A stretch of DNA of 64,000 nucleotides, from assembly GCF_006345805.1 (NCBI RefSeq), contig NC_043017.1, positions 2,852,001-2,916,000 of the forward strand, written 5' to 3'. Shown one piece after another: positions 42,577-52,973 of the stretch. The notes under the pieces were generated by a model. The model ran no database searches, was not told the origin of the DNA, and saw nothing but the letters and a program-made list of their open reading frames with translations. Numbering within the stretch: the first letter of the stretch is position 1; the number at the start of each line of letters is the position of its first letter. The position numbers and the translations under genes are program-made. This DNA is from Octopus sinensis. Its lineage: Eukaryota.

Positions 42577-42664
42577 TTTCTTCCTGAAGAGAAAGACACA
42601 ATATGGTCCCATTGTCAATCGGATTTTGGTAATTTGTGCCTTTCGAAACACGTGTAGAATGAAA
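42577..42664 (+). ncRNA. Type I hammerhead ribozyme (PLE-type, minimal stem III), intact core
   Basis: Stem I TTTCTTC (42577-83) pairs with GAATGAAA (42657-64, one bulge). CTGAAGA at 42584-90. Stem II GAAAGACACAA / TTGTGCCTTTC (10 of 11 pairs). GAAA at 42645-48, palindromic CACGTG, GTA cleavage triplet ending at 42656. Confidence 0.8.
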
Positions 42665-42751
42665 TAAAACGATTTCTGTTCAATCTGCGTTCAGCTCCAT
42701 TTCTTCAATTCACCAATAATGTTTTTATATATATATATAATAAATACATAT

Positions 42752-42788
<37 letters not shown>

Positions 42789-43154
42789 ATTATATCATAT
42801 ATAATATATATTACATGTAATTGCTTGCCTATATTTATATGTATAAAGACACATTTATATATATGTGTGTGTTTCTGTTGTGTTTATATATATATGTGTG
42901 TATACACACATTCATACACACATGCTTACATACATGAGCATACACACAGAAACACACACGCACTCTCATAAGCTCTGTCTCAAACACACACATCTTCCCT
43001 TCTTGTATATAAGCTATGAACTAATGACATCGCTATTGTATTTCCACTTACGTTATCAACATCCGAAACGATGAGCGTTGACTTAAGTGTAAATCGAACT
43101 CAAATCTTAAGGCGACGTAAGAATCAAAGGCACGCCTGACACTTTGTTCTACAG

Positions 43155-43260
43155 TTCTACAGAATCTGCCAATCCACTGTACTTCAACAGTGAACTTAAC
43201 ATGAACTTCAATGACCTTTTCTCTCGGTGCCACCAATATTCCACGCTCCCACCATTTTAA
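43155..43260 (+). CDS. Candidate terminal coding exon
   Basis: Acceptor CTTTGTTCTACAG; frame STESANPLYFNSELNMNFNDLFSRCHQYSTLPPF* in non-repetitive DNA. No homology recognised. Confidence 0.18.
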
Positions 43261-43656
43261 GGATTCTTATCTTGGTTTTATTGGGTATTGACATTATGCT
43301 CAGATTTAAAGAATTACGTGGGAATTTTTGATTTTCGAGCAGTTATTTTTGTTTTTTCTCTTCGTCTTTCATTCAAACATTCTTGAATGGCCTCTATAGT
43401 TGTTACATGTTCGACAGCGACAACAACAACAAAACCAACAGAAGCAATAAAAACAACGACAACAACAACAACAATAACAACAACTACAAGAAGAAAATCA
43501 ACAACGAGAATAGCAAAAGGAACGTATGGAAACGTGTTAAATAATGACAATGTCACATAATTGCCTTTATAGAGTCAATTCACGGCTTCATTTAATATTT
43601 AACTGAAAGAGATCTACGGTGGTAAAACTTATGGAAACACGTCACTGAAATGAAAC

Positions 43657-43696
<40 letters not shown>

Positions 43697-43701
43697 CTTA
43701 C

Positions 43702-43752
<51 letters not shown>

Positions 43753-43869
43753 AACTACTACTATTACTACTACTACGGCATTGATTATTATTTTCAATAT
43801 TATTATTCTAATTATTTGCCCTTGTAGCAAATAAATGAAATCATTATTGTTATTATTATTATTATTGTA

Positions 43870-43902
<33 letters not shown>

Positions 43903-43904
43903 TC

Positions 43905-44309
43905 ATTATTTACCACAGGGGGCTAAACATAGAGGAAACCAACAAGGACAAAGGGATTAAGTCGCTTATATCGACCCCAGTGCGTAACTGGTACTTATTT
44001 AATCGACGCCGGAAGGATAAATTCCGTCCGTCTGACCATGACGGAATTTGAACTCAGAACGTAACGGCGGCCGAAATACCTATTTCTTTATTACCCACAA
44101 TGGGCTAAACACAGAGCGGACAAACAAGGACAGACATAGGTATTAAGTCGATTACATTGACTCCAGTGCGTAACTGGTACTTAATTTATCGACCCCGAAA
44201 GGATGAAAGGCAAAGTCGACCTCGGCGGAATCTGAACTCAGAACGTAACGGCAGACGAAATACCGCTAAGCATTTCGCCCGGCGTGCTAACGCTTCTGCC
44301 AGCTCGCTG

Positions 44310-44310
<1 letters not shown>
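43905..44310 (-). mobile_element. SINE family B tandem dimer
   Basis: Two units, 43905-44080 and 44081-44310, joined at GAAATACC|TATTTCTTTATTACCCAC. Confidence 0.85.
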
Positions 44311-44356
<46 letters not shown>

Positions 44357-44368
44357 ATAATAATAATA

Positions 44369-44410
<42 letters not shown>

Positions 44411-45059
44411 TAATAATAATTTCTTTATTGATCACAAAGTTTTAAATTAAGAAATGCATTATGGACGGCACAGGACAAAGCAAAGACAGTGAGTGTGTTG
44501 TTGTAAGGGTTTTGCGCATAGACAAGACTAACAAGATTTTAATAGGGAGGAGACGTTCGAGGCCCGTTCATAGAAAACCCCTTAAAAAAACCATGGGTAC
44601 TCTAACATTTGGGACAAGTGCTTTGTTCTTTTCTTTTTTCCCAACAACAGGCGTTTCATCCACTTTCATCCACTTTTCAGCAAATTGGCTTGAAGACGAC
44701 CCTTCCCTTTCTAACCTTATTTTCCTTTTCAAGTGAAACTATAAGATGTTCGTCAGGGGTTGGCCAAAGAGAAAAGTGTTTGTCTTCAGCTCCTTCAATC
44801 TCGTCCACCATACAACCTTTGCCATGGCCATCATGTATATAAAAACTTTCTTTCCCGGTTAAAGGAAGGCAGCGGGGTGATCCATCAATAATGATAATAT
44901 TAATTTCTAATATATGCACAGGGCCTGAAATTTCAAGCAAGGAGACTAGTCAATTACATCGACCCCATTTCTTAACTGGTATTTATTTCATCGACCCCGA
45001 AAGGATGAGGGGAAAAGTCGACGCCGGTGGCATTTGAAATTGGAACGGAAAGACGGACA

Positions 45060-45087
45060 GATAATAATAATAATAATAATAATAATG

Positions 45088-45124
<37 letters not shown>

Positions 45125-45366
45125 TGATGATGATGATGATAATGATGATTCTTTCTAATATAAGCACAAGGCCAGCAATTTCGTTGTTGGTATGTCGATC
45201 ACACCGATTTTAGTTGTACTTATTTCATCGATAACGAATAAATGAAAGACATAATCGACCCTTGGTGGCACTTGAACTCAGAGAGTGAAATCTAAAGAAA
45301 TACCACCAAGCATCTTGTCCAGTGCATTCTCGATTCTGCCAGCTCGCCGCCTTAATAATAATAATC

Positions 45367-45409
<43 letters not shown>

Positions 45410-45577
45410 TAATAATAATTATAATGATGATGATGATCATGATGATGATGATATAATAATAATAATAATAATATAATAATAATATAATAATAATAATAAT
45501 ATAATAATGATAATAATAATAATAATAATATTAATAATAATATAATAATAATAATATATAACAATAATAATAATAAC

Positions 45578-45614
<37 letters not shown>

Positions 45615-45625
45615 GTGATGATGTT
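45060..45625. repeat. (AAT)/(GAT)n arrays interleaved with a SINE-B copy (45160-45355)
   Basis: Direct inspection. Confidence 0.9.
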
Positions 45626-45895
45626 GGTGACTATAATTACGTTATTTAGAATATATGTAGTTTTGGAAGCGAGCCAGAGTAGAATATCTTGCCAAACAGT
45701 TTGTTAAGATAGGCTAATGATTAAAAACTAAATTCAGACCAACTGGATATCTAGAAACACACACACAACCGAAGCACAAGCACAAACACCTATATGCCCA
45801 AACACATGCGACACACACCAAACACTAGCATGCGAGCACACACACGCACGCACACACGCGTATACATTCACAACTAATGAATAAAATCTTTAACC

Positions 45896-45931
<36 letters not shown>

Positions 45932-46057
45932 ATAATATATCTGTATATATGCATAACATGTAAGGAAATATATGCTAATATATATGTACATACATACATG
46001 TATATACAGGTACAAACATGTGTGTGTGTATATATATATATATTATATTATATATAG

Positions 46058-46088
<31 letters not shown>

Positions 46089-46105
46089 GTATATATGTAT
46101 ATATG

Positions 46106-46138
<33 letters not shown>

Positions 46139-46601
46139 GTATGTATGTATATATGTATTATGCATGTATGTATGTATACGCAGAAATGTGTGTGTGTGTG
46201 TGTAAGTATATGTGTGTAGATTGAGCATTTTGTTATCCTCCTCTGTGTCGTTTGTGTGGAGAGCATCCTGCCTTACTTTGTTCAATACACGATAATAAAT
46301 GTTATAATTAGTGTTTCATAATGTCTAGTAATTAGTTTATGCAGTTTTCAACAGCTGATTAAGAGGATTTGTTGAACAGTACAAACCAAAAATGAATCCT
46401 TTCTTGTGAAGATTTTTATCCTTACAATTAATCAAATTCTTCTTGAATACTGTTTAACGAACTTTATTAGTGATCTTTCATACTAAAGTTTTTTTGTTTT
46501 TTCTTCTTCTTCTTCACATAACATCTATTTATCCACAGTTGCCTTCATAGAACTATTTCGTTCGGTAAAATTCTTCCTTGGATTCTTTATTTCTTTCTCA
46601 G

Positions 46602-46673
46602 CACTACGTTCTGCTATTTGTGACAACATTACCAAAGGCTTGTCTAGCTCTGCATTCGCCGTTTTGTGTGTGC
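46602..46673 (+). CDS. Candidate 72-nt internal exon of an unidentified host gene
   Basis: Strong acceptor TTCTTTATTTCTTTCTCAG and donor GC|GTAAGT. Open phase-1 frame LRSAICDNITKGLSSSAFAVLCV; the phase-0 frame is also open. No homology recognised. Confidence 0.3.
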
Positions 46674-47201
46674 GTAAGTCTGTTTTCCCAACTGTAAGAG
46701 ATCACCGCATAGATTTGATCTGCGCAGATTTCGTTCAACATAGAGATCATTAGCCTTAAATGGCGTACATTGTGTGTGTAGTGTGTTAGGTATTGTAGCA
46801 GGTTGAATCGCAGATAAATGGCGTGGTCGAATTGAATCGATAGGGTACCGGAACTGCAGATGAAAGAATAGTGGTTCTTATATTGTAACACGCTACCAAA
46901 AGGTTTCTTCACAGGGTCAGAACACCTACATTTCAAATGACCGAGTTTATACGGCAGTAAAAGAAAGAATAAACCAAATCTATAGGGGGAAAGGACTCAG
47001 TGAGAAAGAGAGGTAGTGACAGAAAAAGCTCTATGATTTTATACACTCATATACATACATACCTGTGTATATAAATATATATATATATATATATACATGT
47101 ACATGCATATCATATATACAAAAAGATAATATATATACATTATATATATGCATATAAATGCAATATACAAATATAGATACATACATATATATATATATAT
47201 A

Positions 47202-47232
<31 letters not shown>

Positions 47233-47642
47233 TGAGATCTCCCTTTTAGTAGAAGAAATAGCTATAACCCTTTGACTGCTATTTCTAAATTCGGTATGTG
47301 GTAAGGCAATTCGTTGCTAAACCCTTTATTGCTTAGTATATATTATATATATATATATATATATAATATAAATATATATATATATATATATATAACATAC
47401 ATATATGCATGTATACATATATATATACATGTGTGTGTGTACATACATGCACGCGTAGCGCGCTTGTAACTATAGCTGTACATATATATATTTATAAGTA
47501 TATCAATTATGTAACTATGATTATGAAACAGCTGTAAACGGATGGAATAAGCATTTATTCTCTCACCTTACTTCTCTTATCTATTCTACGTATATATACA
47601 TAGAAAAATACATACATACATGCATACATACATACATATATA

Positions 47643-48008
47643 CTCTCTTTTACTCTTTTGCTTGTTTCAGTCATTTGACTGTGGCCATGGTGGAGCACCG
47701 CTTTTAGACGAGGATATCGTCCCCAGGACTTATTCTTTGTAAGCCTAGTACTTATTTTACCGGTCTCTTTCATCGAACCGCTATGTTACGGGGACGTAAA
47801 CACACCAACATCATTGTCAAGCGATGGTGGAGGGACAAACACAGAGACAAAAATATACACACGCAAACATACATATACATATACGTATATACGACAGGCG
47901 TCTTTCAGTTTCCGTCTACTAAATCCACTGACAAGGCTTTGGTTGGCCGGAGGCTATAGTAGAAGACACTTGCCCAAGGAGCCACGCAGTGGGACTGAAC
48001 CCGGAACC
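47643..48008 (-). mobile_element. SINE family A
   Basis: Matches 9803-10187. Confidence 0.9.
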
Positions 48009-48364
48009 ATACCTACGTAAAAATACACACACAAACATTGAGACAAATTTGCTATGGAAGAGCTCATGATTTCATTCTTCCATTCAGCGTCCGTCGACGC
48101 AGATACGTATCTCGAGGCCCTACACAACGGCAAGATTCTGGATGTCGCTCTCAACCTGTCGTCCGATCGTACTTGAAATCCGTTGCACCGCAGCCTCTGT
48201 CCTCCAGCATGCTCTGTCCATATTAATTCACATCAAATTTGCGGGCGACCCCAGCGAAGTGAAACATTCAAGGTTCGTTTTAGATAAATGAATAGACTTA
48301 ATTAGAGATATTGAGTACACACTTATACACACATAATCACCCATGCTCATACATAGAGGTATGC

Positions 48365-48426
<62 letters not shown>

Positions 48427-48526
48427 CGCACACACTCGCGCGCACAGTCACACAAACGCATATATATGAAGTTGTACAATTATGTGTATATACGTTTGTA
48501 TATATATATATATATATGTGTGTGCG

Positions 48527-48562
<36 letters not shown>

Positions 48563-48563
48563 G

Positions 48564-48600
<37 letters not shown>

Positions 48601-49329
48601 TACATGCATTTATGTGTGTATCTGTATGTATATATATATGCATATATGTATGTGTACACGGTCTGGTTTTATATCTATACAAACTAATCAGTCTTGTGGT
48701 TCGCTGGTAAGAAATTGTGGGAAATGATATGACTGTGTTATGCCTAGGGACACCATCCATCTGTATATAATGCTCCACGAGACTAAGAACGTATTTCCAT
48801 TTGAAATTAAGAGTTATTAACCGAAAATAGCATTTGAAATCAGCTTCAAAAGCTTTTAAAGTTTCTCTATTTTTCCTGATCTACCGCTGAAATTAAACCA
48901 TCTATTTACGATTCAGAGTCTATTAGCCGGTTTCCTTGAAATCTATTGTTGCATATATGTATATATATACAACACAGGACAAAGACAAATACGCACAAAC
49001 GCACACTCACATACACACACACGTGCAGCGGCACACATACGCACACACACACACACACCAATGTATGTGTGTGTGTGTGTTTGTATATATATTATTACAT
49101 TTCAATATACAAGTTCCTTATCATCATCATCATCATCATCATCCTCATCATCATCATCATCATCATCATCACCACCCACCATCATCATCTCCACCACCAC
49201 CACCACCACCACCACCACCACCACCACCACACCATCATCATCATCATCATCAGTATGTTTCATTATTTTGTTATATATCAATATGCGTAATATAAAATAA
49301 TATAGTATAATATAATATCTATCGATCTG

Positions 49330-49434
<105 letters not shown>

Positions 49435-49599
49435 TATACAATATACAAGTATGTGTGTATGTGTTAAGTATACATTGGCGCACATCGTTAGTATTGTATC
49501 CAAATAACAAATATCCTCATCCAGTGAACCTGGAGACGTTTATTGAAACCTAGCCCTATGCCCAAGTGGTTTTCAACTGTACCCCACTCCATAAACATT

Positions 49600-49885
49600 C
49601 AATCACTTTTTTTGCAGCCAGATCGTTCTACACAATTTCTCACAAGCCTTTGTGTTTTTTTTCCACTTATTCTTTCAGAAGTCATTCGTTGACTCTTACT
49701 ACCTGGTTCTCTTTCTCTGATTCACTTCGTCCATCCTCTTCTCCTTGGCAGATTTGACTCTCAAGGGTCACGAAGGACCATGAGCTTGTCCCACGAAGCA
49801 CTAGTCCAAGCAAAGTTGTTTTTTGTAAACCAGAATGTCGTCCATGAGTACCAGCCTCCGTATCCACACCACTGATGTTATCCAT
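49600..49885 (-). mobile_element. RTE-type LINE 3' end remnant
   Basis: HSGLQKTTLLGLV...GEEDGRSE.KE resembles the RTE motif R.SGLAKTILQGTV.G.RRRGRQ.KRW. Confidence 0.45.
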
Positions 49886-49886
49886 A

Positions 49887-50330
49887 GCCGCAGGAGTGTC
49901 TGTGTTTTAAGTAGCTTGCTTACCAACCAATGATCCGGGTTCAGTTCCACTGCGTGGCAACTTGAGCGAGTGTCTTCTACTATAGCCTCAGGCTTACCAA
50001 AGCCTTGTGAGTGGATTTGGTAGACAGAAAATGAAAGGAAGCCCTTCGTATATGTATATATATATATATATTATAATATATATATATATTATATATATAT
50101 ATATATATGTATGTATGTGTGTGTGTATATGTTTGTGTGTCTGTGTTTGTCCCTCAACATCGCCTGACAACCGATGCTAGTGTATTTACATCCCTGTAAC
50201 TTAGCGGTCCGGCAAAGGGACCATAGAATATGTACTAGGCTTACAAAGAATAAGTCATGTGGTCGATTTGCTCGACTAAAGGCGGTGCTCCAGCATGGCC
50301 GCAATCAAACGACTGAAACAAATAAAAGAT
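49887..50330 (+). mobile_element. SINE family A, full length with expanded internal (TA)n
   Basis: Head GCCGCAGGAGTGTCTGTG at 49887, TA expansion at ~50055-50110, 3' half to 50330. Confidence 0.9.
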
Positions 50331-51848
50331 TATAGGATAGGCAAAGGCTGATACTGCTTGGCACCAGTGACTTCGCAACACATTTCTACAGTTGAGTGAA
50401 GCGCAGCAACGTGAAATAAAGGGACTTGTTTAAAAACATGAGAGTCATCCCGGTCCGGGAATCGAACTTACCGTCTCATGATTGAGAGCCCAACGCTCTA
50501 ACCACTGACCCATGCGCCTTCACTGGTACAGCAACAAGTGTAACTTTCCGAGCGATACACTTGAGGGACGTTGAATGCTTGGTTTCATGACATTAAGGAA
50601 ACCTAAAGAAATTTGCTTTCATAGATTTAAACATCAACCGATGTTAAATAATTATCTCTAATCTTCTAAAATATTGTCTCATACACTTCTTCTCCCTGAC
50701 ACATTCATTGACTGAAACTTGCATAGGATCTGTACAGAATTTCAATCTTTTAATCTTTTAATCCGCGCATTGAGCATGTAACACTGAACTGCAGTTATAT
50801 CTTTAATACCTGGTGTTTAACAAACAGTCTGTAAATCAAGTGTATGATGCAGAATAAAAAGATTTGCCGAATGTCATTTTCGCATGTAGTCAGCCTCATT
50901 TGTGTTTAAATTCTGGGTTAGTTAGGACCCTTCAAACAGCTTGACATTGTAATCGAACCGGTCAGTTTCATTGTTATTCAATAATTTAATAATTCATATA
51001 TCGGTAACCGTGTTCAAATTGTGATAAACGTCTTTTACAAATAATTAACAATCTATTATACTTAACTAAGTCATAAGACGGCGAATTGGCGGAATCGTTA
51101 GCAGCATTTCGCCCGTTGCTACGTTCTGAGTTCAAATTCTGCCGAGGTCGACATTCGGGAGCCGAATGCCCTAACCACTAAGCCACGCGCCTTCAGTTTC
51201 TGTCTTACAATATCCACTCACAAATCTTTGGTCTGCCTGTTGCTATAGCAATAGATAGATACCCAAGGTTGGGAGGCAAGATTCATAGCACACAACCACA
51301 CCGCCAGAGAGAGAGAGAGAGAGAGAGAGAGGGTGGAGAGAGAGAGAAAGGAGGAGAGAGAGAAAGGGGAAAAGAGAGACAGATGTCACAGCGACTTGAT
51401 AAGTACTGACAAAAGATTACCCTGTGAATATTCGTTCTTTTAAACATAGCAGCCAAATGTTCCTCAAGTCACATCACCCTTTACACTTTTCAGAAACGAA
51501 GGTGCAATATACACAAGACAGGAAGAATAGATGGCGCTTGAATGCATTTGTCTATTTTTGATATATATATATGTTCGATATGGATTGTCCTGTATTTCGT
51601 TACAAGGCCATAACGTACCTGGAATTCAACTTCTGCAAATCATTTTACCTGGGAACCCATTACCTTTTAGCTACCTCATCTTCATATATGGAAAATAAAT
51701 AAAGACTTCTTCTAATCATAAGGAACATTCAGAAAGAAAGTAAGCCTATTATATTTACAATTCGCAAGGCCTCAACGAAACACACTACGTACAACACTAA
51801 CAGCGAGTTAATGAGAAGGATAATTATGAGAGAAAAAACACTACATAT

Positions 51849-51882
<34 letters not shown>

Positions 51883-51940
51883 ACATTATTGGTGAATTGA
51901 AGAAATGGAGCTGAACGCAGATTGAACAGAAATCGTTTTA

Positions 51941-52027
51941 TTTCATTCTACACGTGTTTCGAAAGGCACAAATTACCAAAATCCGATTGAATAATGGGAC
52001 CATATTGTGTCTTCTCTTCAGGAAGAA
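51941..52027 (-). ncRNA. Type I hammerhead ribozyme, intact core
   Basis: Reverse complement reads TTTCTTC-CTGAAGA-GAAGACACAA...TTGTGCCTTTC-GAAA-CACGTG-TA-GAATGAAA. Confidence 0.75.
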
Positions 52028-52057
52028 AATAGGAAATCCGTTCCAACGGATTTCCTA

Positions 52058-52146
52058 TTTTCTTCTGAAGAGAAAGACACAATATGGTCCCATTATTCAA
52101 TCGGATTTTGGTAATTTGTGCCCTTTCGAAACACTGTAGAATGAAA
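52058..52146 (+). ncRNA. Hammerhead ribozyme copy with damaged stem III (CACTG instead of CACGTG)
   Basis: CTGAAGA at 52065-71, stem II, GAAA at 52128-31, then CACTGTAGAATGAAA. Confidence 0.55.
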
Positions 52147-52359
52147 TAAAACGATTTCTGTTCAATCTGCGTTCAGCTCCATTTCTTCAAGTCACCAATA
52201 ATGTTTTAATTTCAATTATCCGCACCAACGCACGGTTGCAACACCATATGGTTGTACCTCCAACCGTGCTGTTTACTGCTGTGATTTTTGCTACTAAGGT
52301 ATCGGTTAAACTTTTGATTAATCTACTACAAGATTATTCATCTTTCTATTTCACATAAT

Positions 52360-52391
<32 letters not shown>

Positions 52392-52697
52392 GTATGTATG
52401 TATGTATGTATATATAAAGAAAGAAAAGTAGCATGCTTATTAAAATTATAAACGACTGAAAAGAGTCAGTGGTAACGGAAAGGTACGCTATTTTCCTTTT
52501 CGTTTGAAAGAAATAATTATTATGAAAAAGCAACCGGAAATCACCCAAATAGATGACTTCTCAAGAAATGGAATTTAAAGAAATTTACACAGCAAAACAA
52601 AAAAAAAACGAACATACGAAATTAAAAAGGAGGTGGCGGGAAGGGGGTAGAGAAAATTCAAGCAAAAGATGAAAACTAGAATCTACCGCATATTGTG

Positions 52698-52731
<34 letters not shown>

Positions 52732-52818
52732 TGTGTGTGTGTGTCTGTGTGTGTGTGTTTGGTTGAGTGTGTTTGTGTGTGCATATACATGCGTGTGTGT
52801 ATTATACATGCGTGTATG

Positions 52819-52851
<33 letters not shown>

Positions 52852-52855
52852 CATA

Positions 52856-52910
<55 letters not shown>

Positions 52911-52935
52911 CATATTTATATATATTCATATATAT

Positions 52936-52973
<38 letters not shown>

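Larger units (their letters stand above)
40701..42724. mobile_element. ~2 kb fold-back (palindromic) Penelope-like element, long copy, embedded in (TA)n
   Basis: 40849-41785 is the reverse complement of 41790-42724 (differences mostly 1-nt indels). The apex is ...CTATAGCTTAAG-CGAA-CTTAAGCTATAG... The left arm has an extra ~150 bp (40701-40848). Both ends abut TA microsatellite. Each arm holds a hammerhead motif, and a GIY-YIG-like frame lies at the apex. Confidence 0.85.
51882..52355. mobile_element. ~0.47 kb fold-back copy of the same element, opposite orientation, embedded in (TA)n
   Basis: 51882-52042 is the reverse complement of 52045-52205 (apex GGAAATCCGTT-CC-AACGGATTTCC). 52206-52355 is the reverse complement of 40701-40848. 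Flanks beyond the TA tracts differ from those of the long copy. Confidence 0.85.

Noticed and set aside
40701-42724. Interpretation as a classical MITE or Foldback DNA transposon with internal deletion
   Set aside because: The ends are asymmetric, the arms meet with a 2-4 nt loop at different positions in the two copies, and the arms carry a hammerhead and a GIY-YIG-like relic; a retroelement origin fits better.
46604-46936. 110 aa minus-strand ORF
   Set aside because: No recognisable domain; it overlaps the better-supported + strand exon candidate.
48680-48790. IQMDGVPRH resembling the Tc1/mariner QDGAPxH motif
   Set aside because: A single short motif only; insufficient to call.
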